Shown here one piece after another: positions 1-13,800 of a stretch of 64,000 nucleotides of DNA. The notes under the pieces are model-generated. The model was not told the origin of the DNA and ran no database searches. It saw only the letters and a program-made list of their open reading frames with translations. How positions within the stretch are numbered: the first letter of the stretch is position 1; each line of letters begins with the position of its first letter. A program made the position numbers and the translations under genes. Origin of the DNA: Zygnema circumcarinatum SAG 698-1b (Eukaryota; Plantae; Zygnematophyceae); contig CM074805.1 of assembly GCA_037447605.1 (NCBI GenBank), positions 3,629,361 to 3,693,360 of the forward strand, read 5' to 3'.

Positions 1-175
1 GCAGAGTAGAGGCTTGCCAGTGTGTGGTGAAGCTTTACAGCATAAGGGGGACACTCTTGTAGTGGAGTAGAGAAGCGCAGGAGGGGCTCTTGTTGTGTTC
101 TTGTACTCCGTTTTGAAGTTAAGAGTTTTCAGCATTTGTGCATTCTCTTATCTTCTGAATCTTCGATCTGTTCAT

Positions 176-641
176 TCATTCTTTGCTTGGGGCAGTCTTT
201 GCTTTGTGAGTGTGATTCTGTGTTTCCGCAAGGCTGGCGTCTCCTAGTCCAAGGAGTAGTGGGATGTCATCCTCGGAGGGATCCTCTACTAGGACCGGAG
301 GCTCCACATCTACATAAACTGTACGCGCTGACAGAAACAAATCAAGCAAATTCCCTCCTTTTTCTTATCCTTTTTTGCCATACCTGCAACGAGTCATGCC
401 GTGGTTTGCCTAGTATATAATCAGAGCCCAACTACGGATTAAAATCGTGGTTTATTTGACTGACACGTTGATTTAAGAATGACATTTGGGTTGTAGGGCT
501 AACGAAAAGCCGGAATACAGTGAGTTTTTTGGGGCCGAAGTGGTGCCGGGAGATGATGCTGAAGGCTTCTTGGATGGAGCCGTGGAATAGAGTTTCGTTT
601 GCAGGTATGAGGGAGAGGAGGGATTTTGTTTGTTGGATTTG
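176..641 (-). CDS. Possible 3' exons of an unidentified gene (hypothetical)
   Basis: Putative acceptor ctaagcattag| at 641 opens QIQQTKSLLSLIPANETLFHGSIQEAFSIISRHHFGPKKLTVFRLF. A second putative exon after tgtcag| reads TVYVDVEPPVLVEDPSEDDIPLLLGLGDASLAE...KE* (stop 176-178). No family recognised. Confidence 0.25.
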
Positions 642-1477
642 CTAATGCTTAGGAGTTTGTGGGGCGTTTTACAAGAGGTGGTCCTTTTAACGGCAGGTGT
701 TGGCAGCTTGATGACGCACAATGCGGCAAAGCATTGCATGTATCGCTTACTTGATGCGCAACGTATTTTGACAGCAAGATGCGGCATTGAGCTCACGATG
801 GCGATGATGTCATCACATGTACATGGACAAAATCAGCATGGGGAACCACGAGGAACTGGTCGCAAAGGACCTAAGCACAAATGAAAAAAGTTAGGAGTGG
901 ACAACTACGCCTCGCCTCCACAACGAAGCCCTCCCTCGAAGCAGCCGCGAAGGTCGCCGATCGATGCGTGCCACATCGCGTGCGAAATTGGCACATTGAC
1001 GAATTTGTATATTAGATAAAGAAAAATTGTTTTCATTTCTTCGCCTGTTGATCCACGCTTCAAGCAATAGTATGCAGCACCGAGTAATTGATGCATGAAC
1101 AATTCCCTTTCAGTGCTCGAGGCTTTGTTCGAGGCTTTGTAAGGTTCTAGTTTTATTTGATTTTTCAAATAAATTGAAGGGCCCTTCGTCCTGAGGGAGG
1201 GCAGACGCAACCTGTTCCCTCGTCGTCCGCCCGTCGCGGCCCGCTCAGATTTTGAAAAAAGAGCTGTTCGCCTTTGAAGGTTGAACAGCAGAAATACACA
1301 CACGCTCGAATTTTACTTTTTCCTTTCTCAACTCGCTGACAGCCTGGACCCGCCCCGTGGTTCCCTGCGAGCTCTCGCCTGGACCTGTGAACAGCGCTTC
1401 TGCTGTCCGCCCACACAACTGTGCTGCGCGTAACCGATTTGTCCTGTAACCTTAACAAACTGCACGGGACCAATAGC

Positions 1478-1479
<2 letters not shown>

Positions 1480-1522
<43 letters not shown>

Positions 1523-1545
1523 GAGAGAGAGAGAGCGAGAGAGAG
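1480..1545 (+). repeat. (GA)n microsatellite
   Basis: About 30 near-perfect GA dinucleotides, lying upstream of the NIPA-like gene. Confidence 0.95.
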
Positions 1546-2094
1546 GGGGCGGGGAGGTCGTGAGAGGTGCTGCACAGTCAGTCCATAGTGCGAACGTGAC
1601 CAAACGAGCCAATGGCGTGCGTCGCATTACGAAAGGAACATCGCATATCGCCGATATATGCTCAGTACGTCGCATTTCGGAACACTACTGATGTTGAACG
1701 AAATAATAATGTAAGCACCAAGCCTGGCCCTTATTTAGATTACCACTGCACTTGGACAACAAAAATATGAGATAAATGCATGGAAACAGCCGCAGTTCGA
1801 AATTCCGTGCGTTCCTCCCTCCAAGTTTTTCGTGACAAACCGCAGAAATGTGACCCGAAGTCCAATAATTCTGCTAGAGTGCGGCGGTTGCAAATGGGGG
1901 CTAAGAGCCAAAAGGGCTACGGTACCGTGCTTCCCTGCAGGCGGCCTGCATGCTTCCCCACCTCCCTCCCTCCTTGCAGCAGGACGTGGGGGCGCTCTGC
2001 GCAGTGCAGGCGTCGTCTCCAAAGGCGCGCATCCTCAGCCGCATTGGGAAACAATATCCACCTTTTTAGGGTCTTCACTGGATGATTTCCGACC

Positions 2095-5000
2095 ATGAAG
2101 GACGATTCACGAGGAAAGAAACTTCAGCAAGCCCTTGAGCGCTTGGACCGGGCGACTCCAGCTTCCAAGTGCGCCTTTCTCTGCTTGCCGCCGTGCAAAC
2201 TGAATGTCCCTCTGCTCGTTCTGTGTGAAATCTGTTTATTGAGAGCTGCATTGGTTTTTTATTATTGAACGCTTGTCCAAGGACTGGCTGCACAGACTCC
2301 TGCAGCCAGGGAAACCCTCCTTATTTCCCTTCCTTCTTCTTCTCCTCTGTTGTATCACTTGCCCCACCATTCTTTTTCCCCTCTGCATCTTTCCGCTTCT
2401 CGAATAATTTTGCATCTGAATGATTCCTTTCTCGCCTCTGAATGATTTTGCTTCGGCAGGTTTTCAGTTTCGAAAGTTTTGGTGCAGTTATATCCTGTTG
2501 ATATTGTACACGCTGTGCGTTAGTCTGCGCTTCAAGCCGACAAATCTCTTGAAACTTCTTTCTCTTGCAGCTCCGTTGCAGCTACCTCGGCAGCTGCAGA
2601 TAATGGCGTGGGCCGCTCTCCCAGACGCCATGGTTTTCCTCGGCCGCTCTCCTCCCTCGCTGCAGTCAGCACTTCTGCCGCCCCCTCGTGGTCGCTCCCT
2701 TGGACTGCGTCGTCGCTAGGTTTCGCGCCAACCCCCTCCCCTCCGCAGTGCCGCCCTTGGGATCGTGGGGACCTGCTACGCCGTTTGGCGACTTTTAAGT
2801 CCACCACTTGGTTTGGAAAACCACAGGTACATGCGTATGCGTCAGAATTGGAATTCCTAGTACGCACATTGTCCTTTTATTTCTTGCTTCGTAACTTTCT
2901 GAAGTGTTGATGCTGATGGTTCCTATAATTGTTGAATGTGCTGGCCTGGTTGTGTGGAAAAAAATCGTTAAGTGTAGAACGTGCAATTCCTTTAAAGCTC
3001 AGGGTGAAGTGTTTCGCTGATTCCCTTTATGTTGTTGGGTGCAGATTGCTGGGCCTGTGGCTTGTGCATGCAGAGGGTGGGTGAATGTAGATGCCGATCT
3101 TTTGGCGTGTGAATCTTGCGGATCGTGTCTAACTTTTGCCACACCGGCAACATGGCAGCGTCAACAAGGTCGGCCTATTGATAACGCATGGATGCATTGT
3201 CTAAGTTGGTAGATGTTCGTTTTTATCCGGGAGCATGAGGTTGAATCTACACTTGCTCATGCTATAGCTCGTTGTTTATCACTTCTGCTTTAATGTACCA
3301 TAAATTGGGGATCTTCTGTCGCTGCGAAACGCTTCCAATTTTCTGCCTCGCGTACGGTTGTTCGTTATCAATTACAACGATTGAAAAGATTATAAGCCCG
3401 TGAGATAAACCTTCTGTTTAGACAATTTATGGACGTACGTTTCCCTTTGCAGTGGAACGAGCGGCTGAGGAATTTGCCACAAAGTTGAATGCTGGCCATA
3501 AGCCCTTATGCCCTTGGCAAGACAACCCCTCTCTGGAGACACTTGTCTGCTTTCCTCCAGAGTCCCCATCAAGCCTCATTCTAGGGTTCAGAGAACGTTG
3601 TGAAGCTTTGCTCCAGCTTCCGGTTTTGCCGTCAGTCTCAGCCGCAGCCTTAGAAAACATACGGGCACTTCGTGGAGAAGCTGTAGACCGACTTTTGGCC
3701 ACGAAGCAGGGGATTCCTTTACCTGGAGGACAAGATGCAGAAGATTATGAATTCGCGCAGTATTGTCAGGTATAGTGGTACTTGATTTCGTTGCTTGAAA
3801 TTGTTCAATTGTCTCCTTTTGTCAATCACATGGATTTGAATAATCCCTGCTCGGCTTGGGACAGACTTGGCTGGTGTGACGATACCTTCTCTGCTGCATT
3901 GCTCACTGTCGTCACGTGTTTGTCTGTTGCAGTCTCTGCAGCTCATAGCTCTCTGTGGCTGGGAACCTCGGCTATTGAGCAATTATGTTGACCAGCAGCC
4001 TTCACATGGTTTAGGAAGTCCTTCACGCACTCCACATGACATCGCAGCGATAGATAGATCCATTCTTCAAGGTTCTAGTGCAGGCCAAGATGGGGATGGA
4101 ACTGCGGAGCAAGGTATTGTGAGGACTCCACTAGTCAGACGCAATGGAGGAAAACATGGGGGTGCAATTGACTTCAGTTCACCCTTTGGAGCTTTGGGAA
4201 GTGGTGCTGCTGAGGACTACGGCAGCAATTTTGGCCCAACTTGGGCAGTGCTTTCATGCTCTCTATGCGGTTCGAGCCGCGGACTTTGGGATGTCCGGCT
4301 GCACAAACGGCCTGGTTTTGGCCTGGGTTTGGGAACGGAAGCAGAATTGGTGGCACTTGATGGCGTGGAAGAAGGAGCGCATGGTCATGAGAGTGGACAG
4401 AGGGTTTCAAGACAGTTGGGAGAAGAAGAGGTAGAAGGGCAGACATCAAAGATTGGAGAACTTGGAGTAGCTCCTCAGGAGGCAGAAGTTTTTGAAAGAA
4501 CAAATGGACACGGCCATGCTCAGGCAAAGGCAGAGGAGATTGCTACTAAAGATGTGGAAGTCATAGGAGATGCTGAGGCAGCCATGGCTGCTAAGGGGAC
4601 AGATGAGTCAGGAGGAACTCCAAGCCGGGCTGAAGTAGACCCATCTTCTGCAGCAGAAAGGGTTGTTCTCGAGAGGACAGCAAGCACAAGGGATTTTTCA
4701 AGCCCTGAGGAGAAACTAATGGGAGGGGGGCTGCCTGGATTTTGCTTCCAGCCTTGGGGGGGACAAGGTAGTGCTGGCAAGGAAGTTGTGGGGCAGGTCC
4801 TACAGGAAAGCCACCTCACTATGCCGGTAGGTGATGCGTCTGGCAAGGGTGAATTATTCGACCTTAGCTTGACCATAGCAGGGGGGCCTCCTCCTACTCG
4901 TCTAAATGCTGCGGGTGATTCTCCTCCAGTATTTGGATCGTTTTCCAGGATTCCTGCATTTGGGAGGCCTCAACCTAGTGAAATACAAGCTCCGGTTGCT

Positions 5001-7325
5001 TCTTATGAATCTAGGGGTCCGACAGCAGTCCCGAGTCAGAGGGAAAGGTTTGACGCGGCTGTGGCAAGCACACATTATCCTGGTAGCCCGTCTAGAGGGA
5101 TTAAACGGGCTGCCGACAGTGCAGAGGGAATGGTATTGGAACAGGATGCAGGGGAAGCTGAAGAAGCAGAAGTGGAGGGGGGGCTTGGGAAGATGAGGGA
5201 GAGCTCTTTTCACGATGTAACCGAGCAATCTTTTGCCCTGAGGAATGGGAAGCGGCGCTGCACTGGTCGGGTGGGCCACTCAGTGGAGAAGGGAGCTGAA
5301 GTTCAGCTTCATGCTAGTACGATAGGATTTGATAGGCAAGAAGCAGCAAGGACCGTTGAAGATGATGATGCAATGGATGTATGCATGAATGCTAGGAGTG
5401 ACCCACCTCGCAGGCAAAATAGGGAAGGTCCAAGTCCTGGCAGTGTTGATGCGACAAACATGGGAACTGTGGAGGGGGGGTTGGAGGTTGACGACCGGAA
5501 CGAGGGAAGAGAGCAGCCTCAAAGCAATTCAGCCTCAAATGAAAAGGTCAGGGGGGGGGTGGAAGGGGGCAGCAGCGGTGCTGATGCTCAGCATACGCCT
5601 ACAGCTGTTGAAGGAGATAGGATTCCTCTACCAACAAGATCTGTAGGGATGAGGCTAGGAGGCATGGACAGGGACACACGAGGTATCTCGAATTCAGGAG
5701 GAAGGTATAAAAGAGCTGCAGGAGAATTAAAGGCTGGGAATCCGGGAGATGTACCTAGGGCTTCAAGTGTGTATGCAACGAACACAGATTTTTCATCAAA
5801 GGAAGAGAATTCAGCTGATTCTGTGGACAATCGGCCCTATCGTATGGAAACTGAGGGAGTTGTCAACATGGCGCCTGCGGGAGCCGTGACAGGAGAAGGG
5901 GATGCTGCTGCTCGTGCTAGTCCAAGTGCTCCTCGGGGTAGTATGTTTGGAAGGCGAATAGTCGAAGGAGAAGCACAGAGTTTTCGAGAGGGTGAGCAAC
6001 AAGGAGAATACAGTGCGGAGATCGTTGGCGGTCTCGTTAGAGAAGTGGATGTTATGGTTGGTGAAATGGAAGCGAGTAAAAGTGATGAGGGTGGGGGAGA
6101 AGCTGGCACAGCCACAGATGCTGCCATCATAAGCACAGGAACTGGAAATGGTGACGCATATGGTGGAGGTGGGAGCGTAGATATGATTGCCAGTCATGAA
6201 GCGGAGGCAGAGGCCCAAGACGGACATGTGGTCGATCATTTTCTAGCGACCCCGGCTGACGAAGTCTCCCTTCAAGGGAGGACTATTGAAGAAGGACGAG
6301 ACTATCCTCCCAGACATAGTGTGGTAGGAAACTTAGAGCCTGCGACTGATGGAACAGGCACATGTGCAGTTACTGGAGAGCAAGAAGGCATGGGAGATGC
6401 CCAAGTGGAGAGTCCTTCATATGCTGACACGTGGCGGGAGTCTGCAGGTGCTGGAGTGCCCGTTGCAGCTTCATGGGCTCAACCACCAGCTACTGTAAGC
6501 ATAGGAGGAGACAGTGTGGGAATGGGGGCCAGTAGGCGAGGAGGCGAAGCTACCTGGACCAGAACGGGGAGGCTTGAGGAGGTGGTGGGAGGAGAGCAGG
6601 GTAATGGAGGTGAGTTTGGAGGCTTTTATAATACGGAGCCAGCAACAAGTGTTGGGGGCTTTGGTGTTGCTGCTAGAGCAGCTGGAGGTGGTGGGGGCGG
6701 TGGTGGAGATGGGGAGCCTGGGGGGAGTAGCGGTGATGGGGGGGTAGGAGGAGGAGGAGGTGATCCGGAGGATAGTGATGATGGAGGTGATGCTGCTAGT
6801 GAGGAGGGTGGTGGCAATACACGGGACACCACTTGTGGGTTGCTGCTTGGTGGCGTGGAAGTTCTTGGGAAGGAAAGCAGGCGGGGAGGCGACATTGAGA
6901 TGGAGGAGCAAGCAAGCCCCACAGCAGGTGGGAGAGCCTTGAAGGAGGCTCCCTTTACTGCAGTAGGAGACAATGAAGGCGTGAATCGTGGCCCTGTTGC
7001 TGCTGGGAGCCTGGGCCATGGAGTACTCCGCTGGGCAGGCTCAGGAGGTCTTGGGCCTGGGCTCAATGTAGGGGCTGAAGTTTCCGAGGGTCTGGTGGAG
7101 TTCGACCCCTTAAGGCAGCACAGGCATTTCTGTCCATGGGTCAATTCCGGTGGGTTTGCCTCCAGTGGAGCCGCTGCACTGCCTGGTTGGCAGCAGTGTT
7201 TGGACGCCTTAGACGCCCTGGAGACAGGGAAGCGTCATTCGTCTGCTCGGAGGGTTCAGGGGTCAGATTTCATCTCACCGTTTAGAGCACGGGCGGCAGA
7301 CATTGACCCCAAAAGGTTAGAATGA
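2095..7325 (+). CDS. ZC3HC1: C3HC zinc-finger / NIPA (ZC3HC1, Rsm1/Pml39, plant ILP1)-like protein, 5 exons
   Basis: In-frame GT-AG exons 2095-2168, 2571-2826, 3045-3168, 3453-3769, 3933-7325. Family motifs: CRPWDRGDLLRRLATFK, CACRGWVN, CESC, HKPLCPW, LIALCGWEPR, CSLCG, and terminal EFDPLRQHRHFCPWVN. The 3' end could include a further small exon. Confidence 0.85.
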
Positions 7326-7876
7326 GTAGCGCTAAAGGCGTTTGTTCATTGCAGACTTTGGGAATAAAGACTTCGGTGTCAGATGTTGTTTGTTTGTACA
7401 TGTATGCTCCTTTCACTTTCTTGTATTGCGGAAGGTTGCAACTGTGCAATGATCGGTGTCTTCTGGCTCACATTTACATGATTTTTCGAGGCTGGAATCT
7501 TCAACCTACATTTAACTAGACATGGCAAATACTCAAAACTTAGTTACAAGAGGATACGAGCGAACGTTTTTACCCATAGCAATGTGTATAACCTTTTTAA
7601 AAAATAAATAATGACACTTTTCCTTTATTACCCCTACCTCAATTTCCACTTGAAGAGAGCAGTAATGACATAGATCTTCAACTATTTAATGATGCACGCA
7701 GAGTGTGTGGATTTCGTTTTTGAACGCACGTTAGCCGGGAGCGTCCTCCCACGCCTCACCTCTGTCGAATTGGTCGTAGAGCTTTAAAATATGTGACCAC
7801 ATAACGATAAAGACCGTTAAAATAAGAAGGTTGAAGCCATTGGTCGCGCCATTCACTTGGTCGCTGGGAACGACCG

Positions 7877-10800
7877 TCACCCGGCATCGCAGTGCTCGCG
7901 TTTATTCACAAATTTAATCAATGTTCGCGCCAGAAGCGCCTTGTTGGCGGGCTTCGTGAGGTAGCCGTCCATCCCGCAGGAGAGGCACCTCTCCTCGTCG
8001 CTGGCCATGGCGTGCGCCGTGAGAGCGATGATGGGAAGGTGCACCTGCCGGGCCTTCTCCGCCGCTCGTATGGCCGCCGTGGCCGAGTATCCATCCAGGC
8101 GTGGCATCTGCAGCAACACAAAGCACTCCCGGTGTCAGGTTGCTTCGCTGCAGCAGCTCTCCATGCGAGAGGAGGAGAGGGGGGAGGGGGAGGAGGGGGG
8201 GGGGGGAGGCGGGAGGAGGCAGGGGAGGAGGGACGGGGGGGGGNNNNNNNNNNGGGGAGGGGGGAGGGGGGAGTGAGTCAGTCCTACTTGGCAGTCCATG
8301 ATAACAGCGTCGAATGGCAATGTCTCTCCACTGTGAGTGTCAAGCACCGCCTCTAAAGCTGCTTGCCCATCGTTCACTGCTTGCACCTTCGCTCCGAGCT
8401 TCTCCAGCATGGTGACTGCCAACCGCCGCAAGATGGGTGTGTCCTCCGCCACCAGTATGTGCATGTCTTTCAGTGCATCAGCGGGGGGCTCCTCCTCCTT
8501 CCGCGGCGATTTCGCTTTCCTCCCTGCTTGCTTTCTCAGTAACTCTTCGTTCTCCTCTCCCTTTGAGTCTCTCACGTTATCTAGATTGGTAGGAGCCGCA
8601 AGCGATCCTCCCTCAGCATCCTGCGGTTGAGAAGCGTCCTCTGGCAACCCTCTCTTGGGAAGAAGGGACTCCACCTCAAGGAAAAAAGCCTTGCTCTGCA
8701 CTGCAACCGTTGGCACGAGAAGCGGAGACCCCACCTCCTCTCCCACAGGTTCCATAGGACCACTCCTCCTTCCTGGCCATGGAGATTCGGCTTGTTGCTG
8801 CCTTAGAAGGGGAACTGACCCAGTGGGAGAGGGTGACAAGGGGCTGAGTCGCATTGGCGATAGGAGCAGCATCTCCTGAGTAGGTTTGGGAGATGGAATA
8901 CGCAGAGTGGGAGAGCCATTGGAGTTCAGGCGAGGTAGCTGCGGACTCTTTGGTGAAAGAATAGTTTGGGGGCGTTCATAGGCTGAGCGTTGTGAATTGG
9001 CAGCCAATCGAGAAGGGGGACTGCCAAAATTCGGAATCTCTGGGGGTTGCAGGTTGCCGAACTCAAGGGGTGGAAAGAGATCAGGGCGAGGTCGCAAATG
9101 GGGTTCGGAATAGAACGTAGTTAGGTTTTCATCTTGCAGCCACTCCTGCAGTTGCAGCTGCTCTGTTCCTCTACTGACTGGGATAGAACTCGTTCTTCGC
9201 GGAGGAGGAGTGCGAGGCATAGGTGTGTTATAGGGCTCTACCAAACTGTCTGGCAAGCCCCCATGGGCCATGCTAGCAATTTCTGTCCCTATTTCAATGC
9301 CACTTGCAAGAAGGGCTTGTCCTCCCATCCCGGTAAACCTCGCAGAATCAGTGAGTTTCACAGAACCCATCTTCTCTATCCGTCGTGACGATGTTCCCGG
9401 AATACTTTCACCCCAATCTGAGCTCCCCAAGCGAGGGGGGGGAAGCATCGCTTCCGAACTCAGCCTTCTCATTTCGCCACTGTATCTTCGGCCTATCGAC
9501 TTCCAAATATGGCCTGAGACTTCCGCTGCAGTACTCCCTTCCCCATCCCTCCCTTTAGCCCCCTCTTTCTCAGTATCTGCTGACCTGCCCCGCCCACCTG
9601 CAGGAGTCTGCACCTTCGCAGAAACTGCCAGATGGACCCCAGTCCCTTGGGCTACAAGCATATCCTGCTGCAGGTTTTGAAGAGGATGCTTCCACTCACT
9701 CTCTGCATCCGTCTCCTCCCGTTCATACACATTCACCATGCAGAGGAGGAGACCCCACAGCTTGCTTGCGTAGAGCGGCTTCGTGGCGATGTAAGGGCTG
9801 CCCGCCTTCCGCAGCTCATTGCGGACCCCAATGGGAGTGCTGGGAGAGAGAATGCATGCAACTTCCGCCCCTCTTCTGTGAAAGTAGTCGAGTCTTGATA
9901 GATACCCCCTAGCCTCATCCATATCGGGAGGAATTCTCGCCAAGCCGGGCATCAAACTGACATCTACCAACACTAGCAGCTGCTCTTCAGCCCCTTCCTC
10001 TGCCTCAGCCCCTCCTCCTTTCCCATCTCTCACAGCTTTGCCGCCATGGTTCGTCCTCCCCCGAGCCCACTCCTCCACTGAGAGGACGGTGTCAGCCCAG
10101 CTTGTGGACTTCTTTGCTTGCAGCCCTTTTCTTGCTAGCCAGTCGGCAACAATAGTGAGGTTGATCCCTGCAGGCATGCCAAGAAGAATGCCGGCTTTTC
10201 GCAGTTTCTGAGGGACAATATCACTCCGGAAGCTCAGGTTTCGTTCTACCGGTGGTTCTATGGTGACGGATAAGTCATTTATTTGCACAGGTTCCGTTTC
10301 CGCCTGTTGGAGGACCACATGGAACCCAATCCGTGTGCCCATCCCTCCCTTGGGCAGAATGGCAATTTCGCCGCCCATGGCTTCCACAAACCCCCTGACC
10401 AGGGACAAACCTAATCCTGAACCCCCTATGCTGCATCCAAAAACTTAAGTTTCGTTTATTGAGAAGAAAAAGCATAAAAAAACACGAGTAATCAAACAGA
10501 CCGCAACAAACAAAAGCTCATCACGAGTTTCTCATGCCTCCCGTGCAGCGTTCCCTTCCTCCCCTGATCTCACCTTCTCGTGGTGGAAGCATCGCCCTGC
10601 ACAAAGTGTTCAAACACTGTCTCCCACTTGCTGGGATCAATACCTGCTCCCCTCCCGAAAGCTCTTCCCCTCCCGTTAGGTTCGTTCCGTACACTGCTCC
10701 TAGTCATGCATCCAAACGAAAATGCCTCTGCAGCATAAAGGAGGCTCACCAAGACCGGTATCTTCAATCTCAAAGTAAATGGTAATAGTGTTGCGAGAAT

Positions 10801-13800
10801 CTTTGAAGAGTTCCGAAGACTTGGTCTCCTCCCTCCCTTGGTGCAGCACCCATCCGCGGATCCAAATCCACCCGCTGGAGGTGAACTTTATGGAGTTCGA
10901 GAGCAGATTTGCAAAAATCTGACGGAAGCGAGCACAGTCTCCGAGCACCTCCTTGGGCATGTCATCTGCACAGGGGGGGAAGGCAATGGGGGGGTCTCAG
11001 CACCAATGCATGCATGCATGCCTGCACCATGGCAATACCGGCATCAAGAAATGCAGTTTCTCTGCCAAAAAGAGGCGGGCATTGGCACCTGATAGGTCGA
11101 GGCCAACATCAACTCCTGCAGTCGTGCAGTGCACGGCGAACATCTCCACGAGCGACTCCAACTCTCCAGTCGGGTCAAACACCTCCACTTCCAGATCCAA
11201 CTTGCCTTCTTCCACCTGCACAGCCAAACTCTCATTCCACTCTTATCGTTTGGCGGGAATTGCATGGCAATAGGCCTTGCATAAACCCCCTCGGGCTGAG
11301 ATGAGATGGGCTGCCCGTTCGGCACCTTGCTGAGGTCAAGAATGTTGTTGAGGATGCCCAGCAGGGCCATGGCGCAGCGGCGGATCTGAGAGACGATCTC
11401 GGCCTGGTCCACTGTGAGCGCCTGGTCGCACTGCAGGATGTCCATCAGCCCGATGATGCCGGCCATGGGGGTGCGCAGCTCGTGGCTGCGCCCTCGACAG
11501 GACTAGGGTTAGGGTTAGGGTTAGGGTTAGGGTTAGGGTTAGGGTTAGGGTTAGGGTTAGGGTTAGGGTTAGGGTTAGGGTTAGGGTTAGCGTTAGGGTT
11601 AGGGTTAGGGTTAGGGTTAGGGTTAGGGTTAGGGTTAGGGTTAGGGTTAGCGTTAGGGTTAGGGTTAGGGTTAGGGTTAGGGTTAGGGTTAGATTTAGGG
11701 TTAGGGTTAGGGTTAGGGTTAGGGTTAGGGTTAGGCTTAGGATTAGGGTTAGGGTTAGGGTTAGGGTTAGGGTTAGGGTTTATGGTTAGGATTAGGGTTA
11801 GGGTTAGGGTTAGGCTTAGGATTAGGGTTAGGGTTAGGGTTAGGGTTTATGGTTAGGATTAGGGTTAGGGTTAGGGTTAGGGTTTATGGTTAGGATTAGG
11901 ATTAGGGTTAGGGTTAGGGTTAGGGTTAGGGTTAGGGTTAGGGTTAGGCTTAGGATTAGGGTTAGGGTTCGGATTAGGGTTAAGGTTAGGGTTAGGGTTA
12001 GGGTTTATGGTTAGGATTAGGGTTAGGGTTAGGGTTAGGCTTAGGATTAGGGTTAGGGCTAGGGTTAAGGTTAGGGTTAGGGTTTATGGTTAGGATTAGG
12101 GTAGGGTTAGGGTTAGGGTTAGGCTTAGGATTAGGGTTGGGGTTAGGGTTAGAGTTAGGGTTAGGGTTAGGGTTAGGGTTAGGGTTAGGGTTAGGGTTAG
12201 GGTTAGGGTTAGGGTTAGGGTTAGGGTTAGGCTTAGGATTAGGGTTAGGGTTAGGATTAGGGTTAAGGTTAGGGTTAGGGTTAGGGTTTATGGTTAGGAT
12301 TAGGATTAGGGTTAGGGTTAGGCTTAGGATTAGGGTTAGGGTTACGGTTAGGGTTTATCGTTAGGATTAGGGTTAGGGTTAGGGTTAGGGTTTATGGTTA
12401 GGATTAGGGTTGGGGTTAGGGTTAGGGTTAGGTTTAGGGTTGGGGTTAGGGTTAGGGTTAGGGTTTATGGTTAGGATTAGGGTTAGGGTTAGGGTTAGGG
12501 TTTATGGTTAGGATTAGGATTAGGGTTAGATTTAGGGTTAGGGTTAGGGTTAGGCTTAGGGTTAACGTTAGGGTTAGGGTTAGGATTAGGGTAGGGTTAG
12601 GGTCAGGGTTAGGGTTAGGGTTAGGGTTAGGGTTAGCGTTAGGGTTAGGGTTAGGGTTAGGGTTAGGGTTAGGGTTAGAAATTGGGTTAGGGTTAGGATT
12701 GGGGATAAAAAATTAGGGTTAGGTTAGGGTTATGTGTTAAGGTTAGGCCTAGGGTTCCGGTTACACGTAGGGTTAGGGTTAGGGTTAGGGTTAGGGTAGG
12801 GTTAGGGTTTGGGTTAGGGTTAGGGTTAGGGTTAGAGTTAGGATAAGGGTTACGGTTAGGGTTAGATTTAGGGTTAGGGTTAGGGTTAGAATTAGGGTTA
12901 GGGTTAGGGTTGGAGAAGGGGGTAGATGGGGGAGGAGGAGGGGAGGGAGGGGTTAGGGGTAGGGGGGGAAGGAGAGAAGGGGGTAGGGCGGGTCGAGGGG
13001 GTATGGGGGATAAACAGGGTAGAGGGAATAGGGTTTTAAGGTTAAGGCTAAAGATAGGGTAGGTTAGGGCTAGGGGTAGGGTGCGGGCAAGGGGCAGGGG
13101 TAGAGTTGGTGGTGCAGGGTGGCGGGTGGGGGTGGGGGTAGGGTCAGAGTTTGGCAAAGATGTAACTGAGGCTTTCAGAAATGGCGAAAGAACCACGAAG
13201 GAACTAGGGAGATACGGAGTCAAGGGAAAGGGTCGTGGACAGATAGTGGAAGGATTTCTTCATCAGAATCGAGGCGTGGTCATACCTCATGTTGGCCATG
13301 AACTGAGTCTTGTAATCCCCCGGAGTTTCCACCTTGGTTCGCATCGAGGGTTCCGTGCTCTCTACTATTTGGGGCAGCATCACTTCTGGGGGTTTTTCCG
13401 TCATAGCAGTGTGAAGAACTATGGCCAGAGTTCCTAGAATGAAAATCCCACATGTGGCGGCAATTATAACTACAATCGCGATATAGTTTTCGTGACGAAG
13501 ATTTCCACAAATGTCGGCTGGAAGTAGCAGCACCACCACCTGCCCGGAGATGCAGAAAGATAGGGGCCATGAGAGAGGAAGAAAAAGAGAGAGGGAGGGG
13601 AAGTTGGGACAAGGAGGGGGGCACATGTCGATCTCGTCAAATAAAAACTTGGACATGGTTATCTTACCAGCGATAGCCCGTCTTGAACTACAGGCTTCGT
13701 GTTGATGCTGTAACTACTTCCATTTACGTCAATCGACAAATGTGACGTTTCTTTGAGCAGCAGCTGCTGCTTCGCCCCATTATACTCTTCGAAAATCCGC

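Noticed and set aside
3933-7325. ~950-aa insertion splitting the second zinc module of the NIPA-like protein as a novelty
   Set aside because: A long disordered loop between the CxxC and H-x3-C halves is an established feature of ZC3HC1/NIPA-family proteins.
11504-12912. True chromosome end
   Set aside because: Exons of one kinase continue in frame on both sides with proper GT-AG sites.
11482-13223. ORFs of LGLGLG / VRVRVR / PNPNPN repeats
   Set aside because: These are translations of the (TTAGGG)n array inside an intron, not genes.
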